Positions 1 to 13,576 are shown, counted from the first letter of the stretch. The stretch: DNA of 64,000 nucleotides from Lobosporangium transversale (GCF_002105155.1 NW_019028982.1:1054001-1118000); one strand, 5' to 3'. Made by a program: numbers and translations. Notes: generated by a model from the sequence alone, not told the origin.

Positions 1-43
<43 letters not shown>

Positions 44-46
44 TAG

Positions 47-483
47 CACATATTCACCATGGTTATGAATCCTTTGTGAGAAAGGGCCGGACACGACGTG
101 CATTTTTAAATGCAACCCTTATGACTTGTTTTCAATTTCTCTACACAACCCTTTTTGGTTGGTTCGCCACTTACTTGTTCCTCAGAACGTCCAATTTGAT
201 CGCACCCTGTATCTGCCATGCCTTCTGTAATTTGATGGGCTTCCCCGATGTCACCAACATTCAGTACTTTGGTCGATGGAAACACTGGCTTTATTTGGCT
301 TTTGCAACCGGCATCCTCTTGTTCGGCCTCCTGCTACAACCCTTGACCTCGCCTAGTCTTTATGGTGATGAATTCTCTTCTGCTTATTGGAGCATCACAA
401 TGAAGAGCACTTTAGCAGAAGCATCAATATCAGCATCAGCCGCAACAGTAGGTGTAGACACTGTCTTTAAGGCTGAGATCTAA
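47..483 (+). CDS. RCE1: CAAX prenyl protease 2 (Rce1/CPBP family), final exon; gene begins upstream of the window
   Basis: Acceptor TGTAG at 42-46, then (A)HIHHGYE...FQFLYTTLFGWFATYLFLRT...CICHAFCNLMGFPD. These match the AHxHH and HxFCN motifs of Rce1. Stop at 481-483. Confidence 0.9.
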
Positions 484-685
484 TACATAGCCTTTGTATT
501 CAACTTCCATTAAAGTTAAAAAAAAAAAAAAAACATTTGTGTTGATAGCCAGTGTGAAATAGCTGATGGATAATAATGATAATGATAACGATAATGACAG
601 TAATGGTAATGGTAATAATAATAGTTATATTATAATAATAATATTAATACATCTTGCACATCAAGATTTATCACCATTCTACCTC

Positions 686-2491
686 CTATCGCGACCTGGA
701 CCTTTCCCGATAGCCATCCCGATCCCGGTTGTTGTCACGACTCCTCGAATCCCTATATCTATCCTTGTTTCTTTCTTCCCGATCTTCTCTGCCTGATTTG
801 TAATCACGGTCCTTATCATCCCGATTATCTCGACTAGACCTGTAGTCGCGATCACGACTACGATCACGACTACGATCACGGCCGTCTCGACTATCTCTAA
901 TCGATCTATAGTCTCGGACCCGATCGCGACCACTTCGACTGTCGTGGTTAGACCTATAGTCCTTATCTTTGTCTCTATGGCTCCTGTCGTCTCTGCTACT
1001 ACGATCAGAGTATTCCCGCCTTCCCTCCTCATCCTTGGACTTTACATCTTTACTATTCGTTTCTTCCTCCAACCTATTTTTCTTGACCAAATCACGATCC
1101 ATCATCTCTTCCATCGCAGATCGCTTCTTAAGTGGCTCTGTCGCCATCGTTGTTGTTGTGGTTGTGGATATGGATGCTGCTACTGGTGCTGCTGGTCCTA
1201 TTGAAGTTGCCGATGATGATGGTGGTGTGGAAGCAGTGGAAGCAGTAGAACTCTTTGAAGAAAACACACTTGGCTTCTTTGCTAGAGCGCTCAAACTCTT
1301 TGGTTTCAGCAATCCAGTTCCACCACCGCCCAATTTTAATCCGCCCCCTGCCGCTGCTCCGCCAAGTCCTATAGGTTTGATTGAAATATCCAACTTGATT
1401 TTTTCTTCTTCATTTTTTCGTTTGAGTTCCGTTGCTGCTGTATTATTTTCTTCTTCTGCTGTTTCACCTGAAGAACCATTGCCATCTCCTTGTTGCTGTT
1501 GTTGCTGCTTTTTAAGGGCTGCGGCCCTTTCAATCTGCTGCTGGATCAATCTCTGCTCCCGCTGTTCATCATCCATTTCCATTCTTTCCTTTCGAGCGAT
1601 GGCTTCCTGTCGAGCCAAAGTCTTGGGTGAATTATCAATCCACTGCATGAACCAGCCCTTGGGGGTCTCATCCACAATGGCTAAGCCTTCCTTTCCAAGA
1701 TGCATTGTGAATTCTGATAAGGTTGCCCATTTAGTGGCATTCATGTGAAGATGTTGTCGATCTGAAATGAATTCTTGATAGACTAAATTGGCATGGACAC
1801 GACGAGTTCCATATCTAGAGACGACAAAAAAAAAAAAAAAAAAAAAAAAGAAGGTAAATATATGAATAAATACAACTATACATGTAAAACAAGTGCCTAG
1901 ATTAAATAAGTTCAGAATGAAGTTATGCTGTTAAGCTTTAGTATGGAAAGCAAGAAGAAAGAGAAAAGCAAAATATTTACCTTGTAGAGAGCAACTTCAA
2001 AAAATCGCGCTGAAACTCTGCGGAATAGTCATTAATATATTTATCAGGTGATTCTGCCACAAGCAAGATCTTACGCTGATGAGACTCGGAAGCACAATGG
2101 CACTATGCTCGGTAATAAGAAAGAGAGGAGTTAAAGCTAAATACTCATGTCTCTTCATCCAAAGTCGTTTACTACTTTTCTTTCTTTTTTTACCTTGAAC
2201 CCGTTCTCATCTCGACATTGCTTCTCGCAAATCTGACAGTACCATCGAAGTTTCTGGAGACCCTTGGCTTTGATGCGATTTGCAATCTAGAAAGGAAAAA
2301 AAATGTTTAAAACAAGTAATAAAAAGATCAGTAATGATCCTGTGTGGGCGCAGTCTATAATGTATTTTTTGAATCGAAATGGCCCAAGAATTATTTATAA
2401 TGAAGGACAGATAGCTTTTTTCAGTGAAAGAAGTTTAAAGGACAGTAATGAAACATACAGCTTTAGGAGTAAGAAATCCGTCCTTGCCCAT
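686..2491 (-). CDS. KIN17: KIN17/Rts2 zinc-finger DNA/RNA-binding protein, 4 exons, ~458 aa
   Basis: Exons 2491-2459, 2286-2194, 2102-1981 and 1814-686 (GT-AG) join in frame. They give MGKDGFLTPKAIANRIKAKGLQKLRWYCQICEKQCRDENGFKCHCASESHQR and HMNATKWATLSEF...DETPKGWF, the KIN17 signatures. Confidence 0.95.
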
Positions 2492-2619
2492 TGATGTTGA
2501 ATGGTTGATGTCAAAAAATGTATAAATATTGCGATGCAAATTAGGCACAAGAGAATGAATATCTCTTACAGTGGCTTAGTAATATATATGAATAAAGATG
2601 GATTTCCACAAATTTATTA

Positions 2620-3049
2620 TTATTGAACATATTTGTTCATGAATTTTCTATGGAAATCTGATCGCAGGGTATCGTTGATAAACCGTTTCTTGGGTTTATC
2701 GTCAATACCTCTGGCTTGGTTTTTGAAGATCACATCATCATCCCATCGCCGTTTGACAGAGAAATCCTTGACTGCAGTATTATTGTTCATGTTTAACAAT
2801 GGGTTTCCTGCTGCTGCCTGAGCTTGCCTTTCTTTTTCTTCTTCTTCACGTTGAAGTCTTTCCTGACGTTCCTTCTCTTCCGCACGCTCACGTTTAATCT
2901 TTTCTAATTCTCGTAATAATTCCGCAGTGTCATCCTCATCATCATCGCTGTGAACCGTAAAAAAAAAAAAAAAGATATTATCATCTTAGTTTTTCAAATT
3001 TTGATACTTTTTTTTTTCATCTCGCTCTAATTGACAATTGTACTTAAAG

Positions 3050-3083
<34 letters not shown>

Positions 3084-3812
3084 AGCTCCGCCTATTCCCT
3101 CCCTCTTTCTTACCTGTCACTCTCGTCACTATCACTTTCATCGCTTCCCTTATCAGAATCATCGCTATCACTATCGTCCTTATCTAGACGTTCAGCCTCC
3201 TTCAACAATCTCCGTTTCCGTTCTAAAGGTGTTTCCGCTGGTTCCTCTGAAGAGCGTGTTGCTGATGATCCAATCTTTTTTGTAGTATCTTTATTGTCAT
3301 CAACATCGTCGTCGTCGTCGTCCTTGAAAGAGTTCGAAAGACCTTCGGCCAGTTTTGTAGTCCTCTTGACTTTTTCAAAATGATTCTGTTCTGCTTTCAG
3401 AAGCTGAGCCTTCAAATCCAAACGGTTGAGTTCATCTTGTGCAGTTTGACCAGACTTTCTGTTAATGAAAATAATATAAATAAAACAAAAAAAAAAAAAA
3501 AAAAAAAAAAAGGCTTTTTTTAGTAACTTTATGAAGAAGTATTTTTGAATCATTTTGACTTGAATGTAATAACTTACCTATACTTAAGTTTGGTATGTGA
3601 TGCGAGATCACGCGAACTATAGATGCGTGTAGGTGCCTGACTGCCCTTTCCACGAGCTGGATCAAATGTCGGTCTTGTAGCATTTTGACACAATTAATTA
3701 AGAAAAAAAAAAAACGATAATTGTAAGCGTAAGCAAAGTGTTGTTGTTGCTTCTTGCTGATGGAGTCTATTTGACAGGGGAGCAGTAGTATATACCTGGC
3801 AGCGGTGGTCAT
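2620..3812 (-). CDS. CWC15: Pre-mRNA splicing factor Cwc15/Cwf15, 4 exons, ~261 aa
   Basis: Exons 3812-3796, 3673-3578, 3458-3114 and 2947-2620 give [14 protein letters not shown]...[30 protein letters not shown] and [15 protein letters not shown]...[15 protein letters not shown]. Confidence 0.95.
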
Positions 3813-5009
3813 GATTGAGTGTGTGTGTGTTTGAGTTGGAGAGAGAAATGGAGAATAGAGTGACTACAATTCCAAGATGAATACTTTTTTGAAAGTAGAT
3901 ATCACGTGCCTCAAGACCATCAAGATCCGAAGATCCCTTGATCCTTTGATCCATTGATCAGGAAAAAATTACATCGAGTTATTGCTGCAAATCGAATAAC
4001 ATGCTAGTACAATTATTATGATTAACATTTTTTTTTTATACATATATGTTTATTGCCATTCATGATTGCTATATATTATTGTATGCAAAATATTAGTTGA
4101 TCCTTTGATGATACCTATATGATCTTATTGATATCAATGGATAAAGAAAGAACTTCGTTAGAATAACTTGATGCTTTTCTCTTTCTTTCTCTCTCCCGTC
4201 TTCTGCATCTCATCATATTAAAGGGAGTTTCAGTAGGGCGCAATAATTATCAACACTGTTGTTCAGGCGGTAATTCCAGCTTTGATTGCTTATGTCTCAT
4301 CATGTTGCCCATCAATATGTTTGTATCGTCTATAATCATTAGACAAGTTCACTTACAAATGAAGGGAGAACTATGAAGGTGAGAGACAATGGAAAAAGGA
4401 AAAATATGAGAAAGGAAGGGGAAAGAAAGTAAAAAATAAATAAACAAACAACTTTCTCTTTTTTATTGTTGGCACCTTAATGATGGAAGCCACATCTTGG
4501 AGCCAAAGAAAGTAAAATCACGTCGCGTTTCAGATGCATATCCGTGTGAGTATCAAAAATCTGCGAACAGAGTCATTGAGACAATGTACATGTATACATT
4601 TACAATGTAGTCCATGTCTTTTTAAAATGCTCAAATGTTCCCATGGCCATATGGCATATGACAAATGGCGCTGTAAGCACAGAGCAAAGCTTGTCTCGGC
4701 TGTTAAATATCCCATGCGTGTTTAATCGTGTGTGGATTGATTAATGCATGGGTGTGCGCCCAGTTGTCCTTCCATCCAATCCAATCGATCAAATTCAGGG
4801 AGTCTAGACATGTGTTACGAACCTGTTGCAAGGACCATGCAACCCTCCTTTCCCTCACACATTAGCGGCTTTTTTTTTCCCCAATCTTTCTCTCCCTTTT
4901 GCTTTGCTTGCTCATTCTTTTCTTTTCCCTCCATTACTTGCCTTCTTCAATTATCTTCATTCCCACATTCCTTCATTCCTTCATTCCTTCATTTTATCAA
5001 AGTGATGCA

Positions 5010-7448
5010 ATGTCCTCAAGCAAAGCCATAGCAGCAGCCGCAGCCTTCCGAGGCAACACCCTCTTTGTTCACTACTCCACTATCGCTAATAACCTTGGCT
5101 CTCTTTATGCACTATATCCTTCTTCTTCCAATCCTACCTCCGTCGCCCCTTCCCCTCCTTCACCTCATCCTAATTCTCCACCTTCGCCTGCTTCCAACGC
5201 AGTCGTCATCAACGACATCAACAACGGAACTATTACCACTCCTGATTCCTTGCTTATACAGCCTCAAAACCTTGTCGTCAATGGTCCCAACTTTTTGAAC
5301 CCATCCACTCGCACAGCCCCTGGCTCAGCTAGCATAGTCTCAACCGCCACTCGAGATCCAACCACAGGGGCTGCTCGCTATGACCTTTTACTAGCTCTCA
5401 ACTTCCCTCAAGCACCTAACCCATACGTTTTCCGCATATCACCACAATTTCCCAACATGGGCAGTGGAACTCCACCTGATGGAACGTCCAGTAGTAATAG
5501 TAACAGTAACGGTAACAGTGGCGATAGCAGTGATAGTAGTGCTAGCGATACAACTAGTCCTTCTTTTTCTTCCTTTGCTTCATCACTCAATTCTTGGACC
5601 GCCATGGATCAGAGCCAGATGCTAGGTGTCCTTCCCACAACCTCTCGACTATGGCTTGCCTCAGGAACTGCTCACCCGACGGGCTCACCAGAAGGGTCTG
5701 GGCTATATGAGTTATTCACAGAAAGAAGAAATATAATGACTATTCAAAAACTGGATGTTTCGGGACCGAATCCAATGCCAGCATCGTCTTTGTTGCCATT
5801 GGAGATGAACCTTTTAGACACACAAGCAGAACCGAGGATTTTGAGGTTGACTGAAAAAGGAGGCATCTTTGATGTGGCCATCGTCGGTAGCTGCATCCAA
5901 ACTCCGTTTAACCCTCCAGGGGCCTGTATAATATTGATCAACGAAGTCAACCATGAAATTGTAAGTCAAATAAGCTGCAAACAAGGATTCAAATAATGCT
6001 GTTATCTTGAACAAAAATAGACTGATCTTTTTTTTTTTTTTTTTTTTTTTTTTTTCCTGATTAGATCTATACGACCATGCCATATAATCCTTCAAGTTGT
6101 ATTACCGCAGGTACGTAAAGCGCCCATTATTTGCTTTGGCTTATTAAAAATCTTTGGTCCAAAAGACATGCATGCTTACGTCTTATTTTGTTTTGTTTTG
6201 TAGCAAATGGCTTGATTATTATGGCATCTTCGGAAGGGATTTGGTCATTTGATTATAGTTCAAGATTATCAAGTAGCTGGAATAGTCGTCAAGCTCCAGG
6301 CATTAGGCCCAACCTGCCAACTCCTATTTTAGCATGTGCTACGTCCAACTCTAAGCTGTATGCCGTACTCGAAGGTAAAAAGTCAACCGGATACATGAAT
6401 CTTATATCAGTGTTTTGTTTTGTTTTGTTTTGTTTTGTTTGTGTTGTTTTCTCACGGAATGCCTTGTACGTATTAATGTATTTCACCAGGAGACACAGGG
6501 ATGCCCTCGATTCGATCCATCGACTTGACAAGCCCAAATTGGGACTGGAAGACAGTTCCATTAACAAAGACTTCAAGTGGTGATGGACCTTACACACATC
6601 CAAGAGATCCCCAAACAGGTACGCCAGCCAATGGAGAATCAGTCTCTTCGAAAAGAGGTTTATCGTCAGGAGCCATAGCAGCGATCATTATAGCGGCTGT
6701 GGTTATACTTGCACTTCTGGGACTTGGATTCTTTTTGCGCAGTCGGAAGAGTCGAGCAAAACCTGATATGTTATCGCGTGAAGCAGAGAAAGCGATTGTG
6801 TCACCAGCAGCGCTACCAGCACAAGCACCAGTGTTGCCACCTGTCGCTATGTCAGCACCTCCAGGATATATTACACCCTATGGATCTGCATCGACTACTC
6901 CTGCAATGGCTGCATATGTTCCACCGGTTCATCCAAACGCTGCTCCTGCACGTGGAGGATCCTTTGGAAGTATGTCAACCAGCAAACAAGAATTTTCAGA
7001 GTACAGCCAATCATCACTGCAGCCATTACAGCAACATCATACTCCACAACCTACATCATACAATCAAGCCGTCCCTATCGCAACAACATCAGCAGCAGCC
7101 ATCCCTGGAGCACTTTACACCTATTCACCTTCAATAACACCTATGTACTCGAATGCGACTGTGATGGTAGGCGGCAAGCAAGAGTTGGCTGACGAGAGCC
7201 AAATTGAATCAACACAATCACGAGCACAGACACCATTATCACCTGGGGCTCAACACAGCTATCTACAACCTGAGAGTGCTGTGCCAACAAACACCTCCAG
7301 TAATAATAATGGTTCACAGTCGCAAGGGATGCTCTCACCGGCCCTTGCAAATGCTCAGTTGATCCTTCAGAATTCACAGACATCACAACCACAGCCGCAG
7401 CCACAACCACAACATCAATATTATCATCCACAAAATGGGCATTATTAA
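5010..7448 (+). CDS. Uncharacterised single-pass (type I-like) membrane protein with beta-rich ectodomain and P/Q/S-rich cytoplasmic tail, ~708 aa; true start uncertain
   Basis: Exons 5010-5960, 6065-6110, 6204-6374 and 6490-7448 join in frame via GT-AG introns. The TM helix GAIAAIIIAAVVILALLGLGFFL is followed by the basic stop-transfer RSRKSR. Confidence 0.75.
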
Positions 7449-8285
7449 ATAATAAGTACATAAACATCTATAATATTTCTCAACAATAACAAGAAGAAGA
7501 AAAAAGGACCTAACACCCTCCTTGCATGGTTATCCATTTATTTCATTTGTACAATTGAACCATTAACTTAATAAAAAGCAATCATTCAGGAAAAGAAACT
7601 TAATAAAAGGCGTGTCAATCTACGCATTATAACACTCAAAGGGATGACGTATAAGAGTGTAGACATATAAGTTTCCACTATCCGGCCTATGATTTACACT
7701 TTAATGGGGGGTTTTTTTCCTAACTCCCTTTTCATTTCCCCCTTCCAAGGTACAACAGCGCTCTTAAACCTTGCCACTGTCCAATAAATTAGGTGTTTCC
7801 CTTCGATACCTAATTCGTTCAGACCTCTAATTATAATCTTAGAGGGGAGGGGGGAATCTAGCAAAAACTAACAATTTAGAGTTAGTGTAAGTGTAAGTGG
7901 AGGTAGAGAAGAGATGAGGCGAAGTGAGGTGAGGCAAAGCAAAGTTAAGAGAGGGCTAAAAAAAAAATAAAAAATAAAAAATAAAAAAAAACCAAACAGC
8001 CCACATGTGTGCAGCATAATAGCCCCCGTAAATGTGGCTCTGTTGGACAAACCTTGTCGCACGTTTTCCATTATACACACTCCTCTTTCCTTTACAATCT
8101 TTATTCTCCTATGTACCTGAAATATGAATACTCGAGAACAAAAGCTTGTATGCGAATACTCTTGAGAGACATGAGAGCCATTTATTTCATCATAAACAAA
8201 GGGCGACAAACGTTCATCTGATACTGGGCTTCCTTCCATTGAAATAAATAGACCAGACACAATCAAAAGAACAAGAACATCAGTC

Positions 8286-9282
8286 ATGTTCGGCAATAAG
8301 CACGCCTCACCACAAAACTTTCTCTTCCCAACCAAGGCTCTAAAGCTCTTCAACATTTATATGGAATGCATCCGCATAGTAACCGTAGATGACGACATCA
8401 TCATGGAGTTGCGTATCGATGCAGATACTACACTGTCTCGTATCCAGCGGAATGAGAAGAGATGGTTTACCTTGTCAGCCCCCATCGACCTCGAATCATT
8501 GCGCCAGAGGATCGCTTTAGCCTACCATGAACTTGCTTGTTTACATGAGTGCCTGGATCACGCAGGTGATGCTAAAAAAATTGGTATAAAAGCTGAAAAG
8601 TGGACATCCATCCAAGGAAGCATTATCCGTGATGAGCCCTCAACTCTTGATGCAACTGCCGGCAAAAAGCGAGAAGAAAAAGGAACCAGTAGTAACAACT
8701 TTAAAACTGAAGCTATTGTCGCTAAAGCTGTGTCAGGCTCTAGTTCTCAATTGGGGTCAGTTTAGGACACTACTTTTGCCTCTCTCTTGCCGATGGGGCT
8801 CGCAACAACATCATGCTAGGCACACATTTACTCGGAGGCCTGGCTTAATTGGTGCAGTATGCTCCAGCCGGATACCTCGGGCCAGACGATTTAGCCAATA
8901 CCCTCGCTGCTCTCAGCTCACACCTACAAAGCGCTCATGCTCACTCTGACGATCACCTCTATCATCTAGCTGCCGGAGCCTCACATGTACTCGATGTCAT
9001 GGTCAACAACCAAGTCAAGGTTCTGAGGCAAGAGCAGCCCAATGGGCCTACTTGAAGGGACTGCGAGGCAGTTCAGATCCTCATCTGGTGTATCATGCAG
9101 CCTATGCCGCCCAAGCTTCGCTATATACTCCAAATGACAAAACACTAATGCAAGCTATACTTCAACGCACATCAATAGTGACCCAAGAAGTGCTTGAGAT
9201 AGTGAGTGCGGCCGTAGGCTTGAATATGAATGCATTCATGGATGAGTTAAGAAACACTAAAAGGGACCGCTTAGTGAACTAA
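8286..9282 (+). pseudogene. Decayed N-terminal (Arm-like repeat) part of a Mortierella-type NACHT/WD40 NLR-like gene
   Basis: Fragments lie in shifting frames: KALKLFNIYME...IMELRIDADTTL...IALAYHELA...KAEKW; LVQYAPAGYLGPDDL...SHVLDVM; LKGLRGSSDPHLVYHAAYAAQA. They match my recollection of this family's GYLxxDDL and SSDPYLVYQAAYAYQAL motifs. Frameshifts are present and no NACHT domain follows. Confidence 0.7.
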
Positions 9283-10880
9283 ATCTAATATAAATTAATG
9301 ATGGACTTCAAATGCAACGAGGTAAGAATGAGGGCTTTTGTTTACATAGTAGGAAAGGGTACTTATGGCTCCTTCCTATTACTATAAGTCGTGGGTATAT
9401 TATTTGTGTAATTTAACTATTTAGATAAAGGACTTGGGTAATATGGCACACTGCCATCAAACGCAAACATTACTAAGCGGGGCCCGCGTGTGGTCGAAGG
9501 TATGGAATACAAAGCGAGCAAACGGTACTTTACGCTGGTAATGCTTGTACTCCAGATCTTTCTAGATTAAATGGAGTCATAAGGAAGCCTCTAGTGCAAC
9601 GTAGAACTGTAGGTGGACTGACTTCTGGAGTAGGTATACACCGGGCATGTCAGCAAACTGTAGGGGCACCACCAATGGCATCCAAACTCAGGATGCTCCC
9701 CAACCCGCAGAACCATCACCAAGCCTCATTAGCGAAGACACGCTCAAGAGCAGAAGTCATAAGAGGAGGGAAATCATTGACAACGTTAATGCCACCAGGT
9801 AAATCAATCAAAGGCTGTCAGTTTAAATATGGCGTCTGCAAATAATGTAACTTTGTACATGCCATATCATGCAGCCTCCGTGCAACAGAAGATCAGTAAG
9901 CAGTATGTATTTAAAATATTGAGGACACGGCATATACAATATAGGCGAAAAGCACCTCATAGTAAAATTAAACCACATTATGCTCTTTGTGTAGGTCGAT
10001 CGACCGTCTGCCTTGTTGAGGAGGCTTACTATTTCACATTCAAAGCAGTCTCCATCGCTACTGTCCTTTAAGATTGCGGACCAAATGGCTGTATATGCCA
10101 CATATAGTATAGAGCGGCTATGATTATCTCCCATATGACGCTGTTTTCTTTGATATCTAGGGCGCTAGTACCCCGATAGGCTTCTTTCGACTTGACTTAA
10201 TGGGAATAATGACAAAATGCCGTCGCTGGTGTCTCAAAGAGGCTATACTGTATAACGTAGCAAAGGTAAAGAAGGTACGAGTAGACGGATTTAGGTTTGC
10301 CAATTTTACTCAATAGTCCTGCCCCCAATACCATAGATTGCACAGGGAGAACAGGACGGTGTAAGCGCGCAGCATTTGAGTATGAATGGGAAGCTAAAAT
10401 GATGCTTCATAAGGGGGGGAGCAATTGTCCAAACTATGCATAAACCATATTCTGAAGATGGCGTGCGCGCTCATATTACGCATACATACTGCACTTCAGC
10501 ACAACAAACAAACAAACAAATAAACAAACAAATAAAATAGAGAGAGAGCTAAGGGGAGAGGTGTGTAGCAAAAGAACATTTACTTTATAAATCACATTGC
10601 CCACTCACGGCTCTCCAGATAGTTTGAAGTGGTATGGAGTAAGAGTTTTCAATGCAGCTTTTTTGCGAAGGGAACACATGGAGAAGGCCCCATTCGGCAT
10701 AGGCCTGTTGATATGAGCTCCTAGGCCATACAGTTACCCGATATTTTTTTGAATGTTAAAAATTGGCTAAGTCGTTAGGCTTCTAACGGCTTTCTCAGTT
10801 GGCGTAAAGGGAAGGGCTGAGGACGGGGGAAAGTCATGTTAATTGCTTGGATCACTGTTTTTTTTTTTTTTTTTTTTTTT

Positions 10881-10923
<43 letters not shown>

Positions 10924-13576
10924 AGAGAACTAATACCAGGAGATCTCAGACAAGAAAAAACGTCATGCCTTGGCAACTGTAGATCAACAAACTCCATGGA
11001 AGCACCCTGACTTTGAAACCAACACAATATATATTTAGTTCCCTATCATATACCTTAGTGGCTGATCTGGGATGCTTATGCACCTTTTGTCATATCCAAA
11101 ATAATGCCCTTTTGGAGATTTGTATTATTTGTTTATTGAGCTGTGGAAAAAAAAAAAAAAAAAAAAAAAGCATAATAATCAGTTGTCCTTGCGTAATCTT
11201 TTTCAGAACCGTTAAATCGCCAATAAACGTCAAGAACGCGCTCTCTACAATTAAGGTAAACGCCAAAGCTTGGCTGGAATCTCTTTAACAACATCAACAA
11301 TATCATCAACGGCAAGCATAAAAGGGATTGAGATGAGATCTCGCATTGATGATTGATACACATCGTTTTACCCTGTCTACCATCAATAGTGATTACTGGG
11401 CCAGAGGTCGCGAAGATTAAAGCCAAATCAAGGGCTCTGGTCATGCACTTCAAACAACCATAACCACAACCAAAAACCACAACCAAAAAACCACAACCAA
11501 ACAACAAAAAAAAGAAAAAAAAAAAAAAAAAAAAGAAGCAAAATACGAAAAGAAACGAAAAGAAGCATGTCAGTAGGCATCCAGAACTATTTTTTTTATT
11601 TTGAGATCATAGAGCCATGTTTGGGGTTAATCTGATGTTATTGTTTATGTTGTTTTTGTTTTTACATGAGTTGACTAGAACTATAATATTGAGAGGAAAC
11701 ACGCGCGTAGTATATTTCTATACATTTGTTCTCCCTAAATACAAATCATTACAGCTTATGAATCATTTCTTATAGCTTTATCACGTTTAGCCGGCATCAA
11801 CCGCGAACCGCTGAAGTGAATTACTACACATGTACCCCTGTCCGGACTACTTTTTTTTTTTGTTTGGTTTTTTTGTTTTTGTTTTTGTTTTTGTTTTTGC
11901 ATAATCATGGGAAAAATAAAGAATAGACCTGTTACTCAATACTAAAGTCCTAAGTATACATGTATATATATTGATGCTGAATGTTTATCCTCACCCATCA
12001 TGCGAACGTTGATGGTTTGCATCTTTTTAAGACTGCATTCGTATCGATTGGCAAACAGGGTTTTGCATAGGTTGGAATAAGCTCTCATGCCAGAAATCTT
12101 GGAAAAAGTGTCACAATCCCCCGCCATTCATGTCAAACAGCACTGCACGCCAAATATCAAAAGCGAAAATCAGTCGTACAGGTTTGTCTAAAGGAACATC
12201 TTTTTTAAAAAGAAAAATGCTTTTCTATAGCATTTAATAGTAGAGAGTCAATAGAGCCCATTATCTTTGGGGTAAGTATATCCGGGGGAATAAAAAAGAG
12301 GTGTTTGTAATACAAATGCTATTACACAGTTCATCATGAGATTTAAAGAGATAACCAATAGGTCGGATGATAGATCATTGATGGGCGATAGTAAAAGAGC
12401 ATAAACTGTGGAATATACATAAATCTTATAATATTGATGAGGAGACATTGCCCCAGTCCCAGGCCAAGGGCGGAAATGGGCACTTTGTGAAAGGACACGA
12501 TCGTTTGCTTCTAATGCGAAGCCAATCAAGGTGAAAGAGATCCAACCCACGTGTAGTGTTTTATATGTCTTTAATTCAGTGCTGTGTGAATTATTCATGT
12601 ACCTTCCTGTGCTCAATGTGTTCACATTTATTGGACTTGCTTACTTGTGTAATACAGAAATCTACACACACCCCCTCGTTTGGTCAGGACTAATTCATTT
12701 TTATACATGTATATTATTCTTTAATCAAAAGAAGGTGATTGAATTGGTTTAGTGGCTTTTACGTTTCAGTCAATTATATAATTGGCCCCTAGTGCATTTA
12801 AAGAAAGTAAATAAATAAATTAGAATATGCATAAAGTGCCTATTTGACTGTGTAAAAATATCAGTGTCCCCTCCCAATAGAATTGACACGAAAGGACGAC
12901 TTAGCCTAGTGTGCCTGTGCAGCCAACCAGATTGTGAGAATCGAAGGATTGGACAGCAGCATGCCCAAACGACTGGACACAGACGCGCGAAAGTCAATCT
13001 CAAAATATAAAAGTGTGATTTATTTAGCAAGGTCATTATAAATGGTGAAGGAGCAAAGAAAGAGCCAATAGATTCAACGATGGACAGATGCTGTTTTGAT
13101 TTGTTACACCTCTTTCGCTCATGCTCATTTGTTGTTTACTTGCTGTTGCTCATTTATTCATTAGAGCAAGGACAGAGGCGGAAAAAGATTATCTTTCTTC
13201 AATTCAATCCCCTCTTGACGACATCACACACACTGATCGACCTCATAGAACTCAAAGAAGCATAAAAAAAAAAAAAAAAAAGTCAGCGCATTTTCCCGAC
13301 TCGTTTTGTCAGTGATCCACTTACTCTCTTGAATAAATTGGCATTGGAAGCCAATTATTTTGCTTGTTGGCTAAATTAGCCACCAAATCAATTCAATCTT
13401 TGTTTTTTTGATTAAAATGTATGAGTTGCTAACCAAACGAAATAGACCTGATTGCGCTTCGCTTCAAAAAAGAAGAGCAAAGAACATTAAGGCTAGTGCA
13501 TCATTACTTTTTTTTTTTTTTTTTTTTTTGGTCTTGTGCGTCCGGGTCTCCAATTAAAATATACAATCAAGTATTA

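Noticed and set aside
969..1748. Long antisense ORFs over KIN17 (and similar ones over the cyclin, SLH1, VPS5 and allantoicase)
   Set aside because: These are shadow frames of low-complexity or codon-biased coding sequence with no motifs of their own.
9440..12760. Coding-like scraps (e.g. 9500-10130, 11200-11450, 11950-12625)
   Set aside because: Possibly old pseudogene or TE debris, but no recognisable motif, consistent frame or termini.
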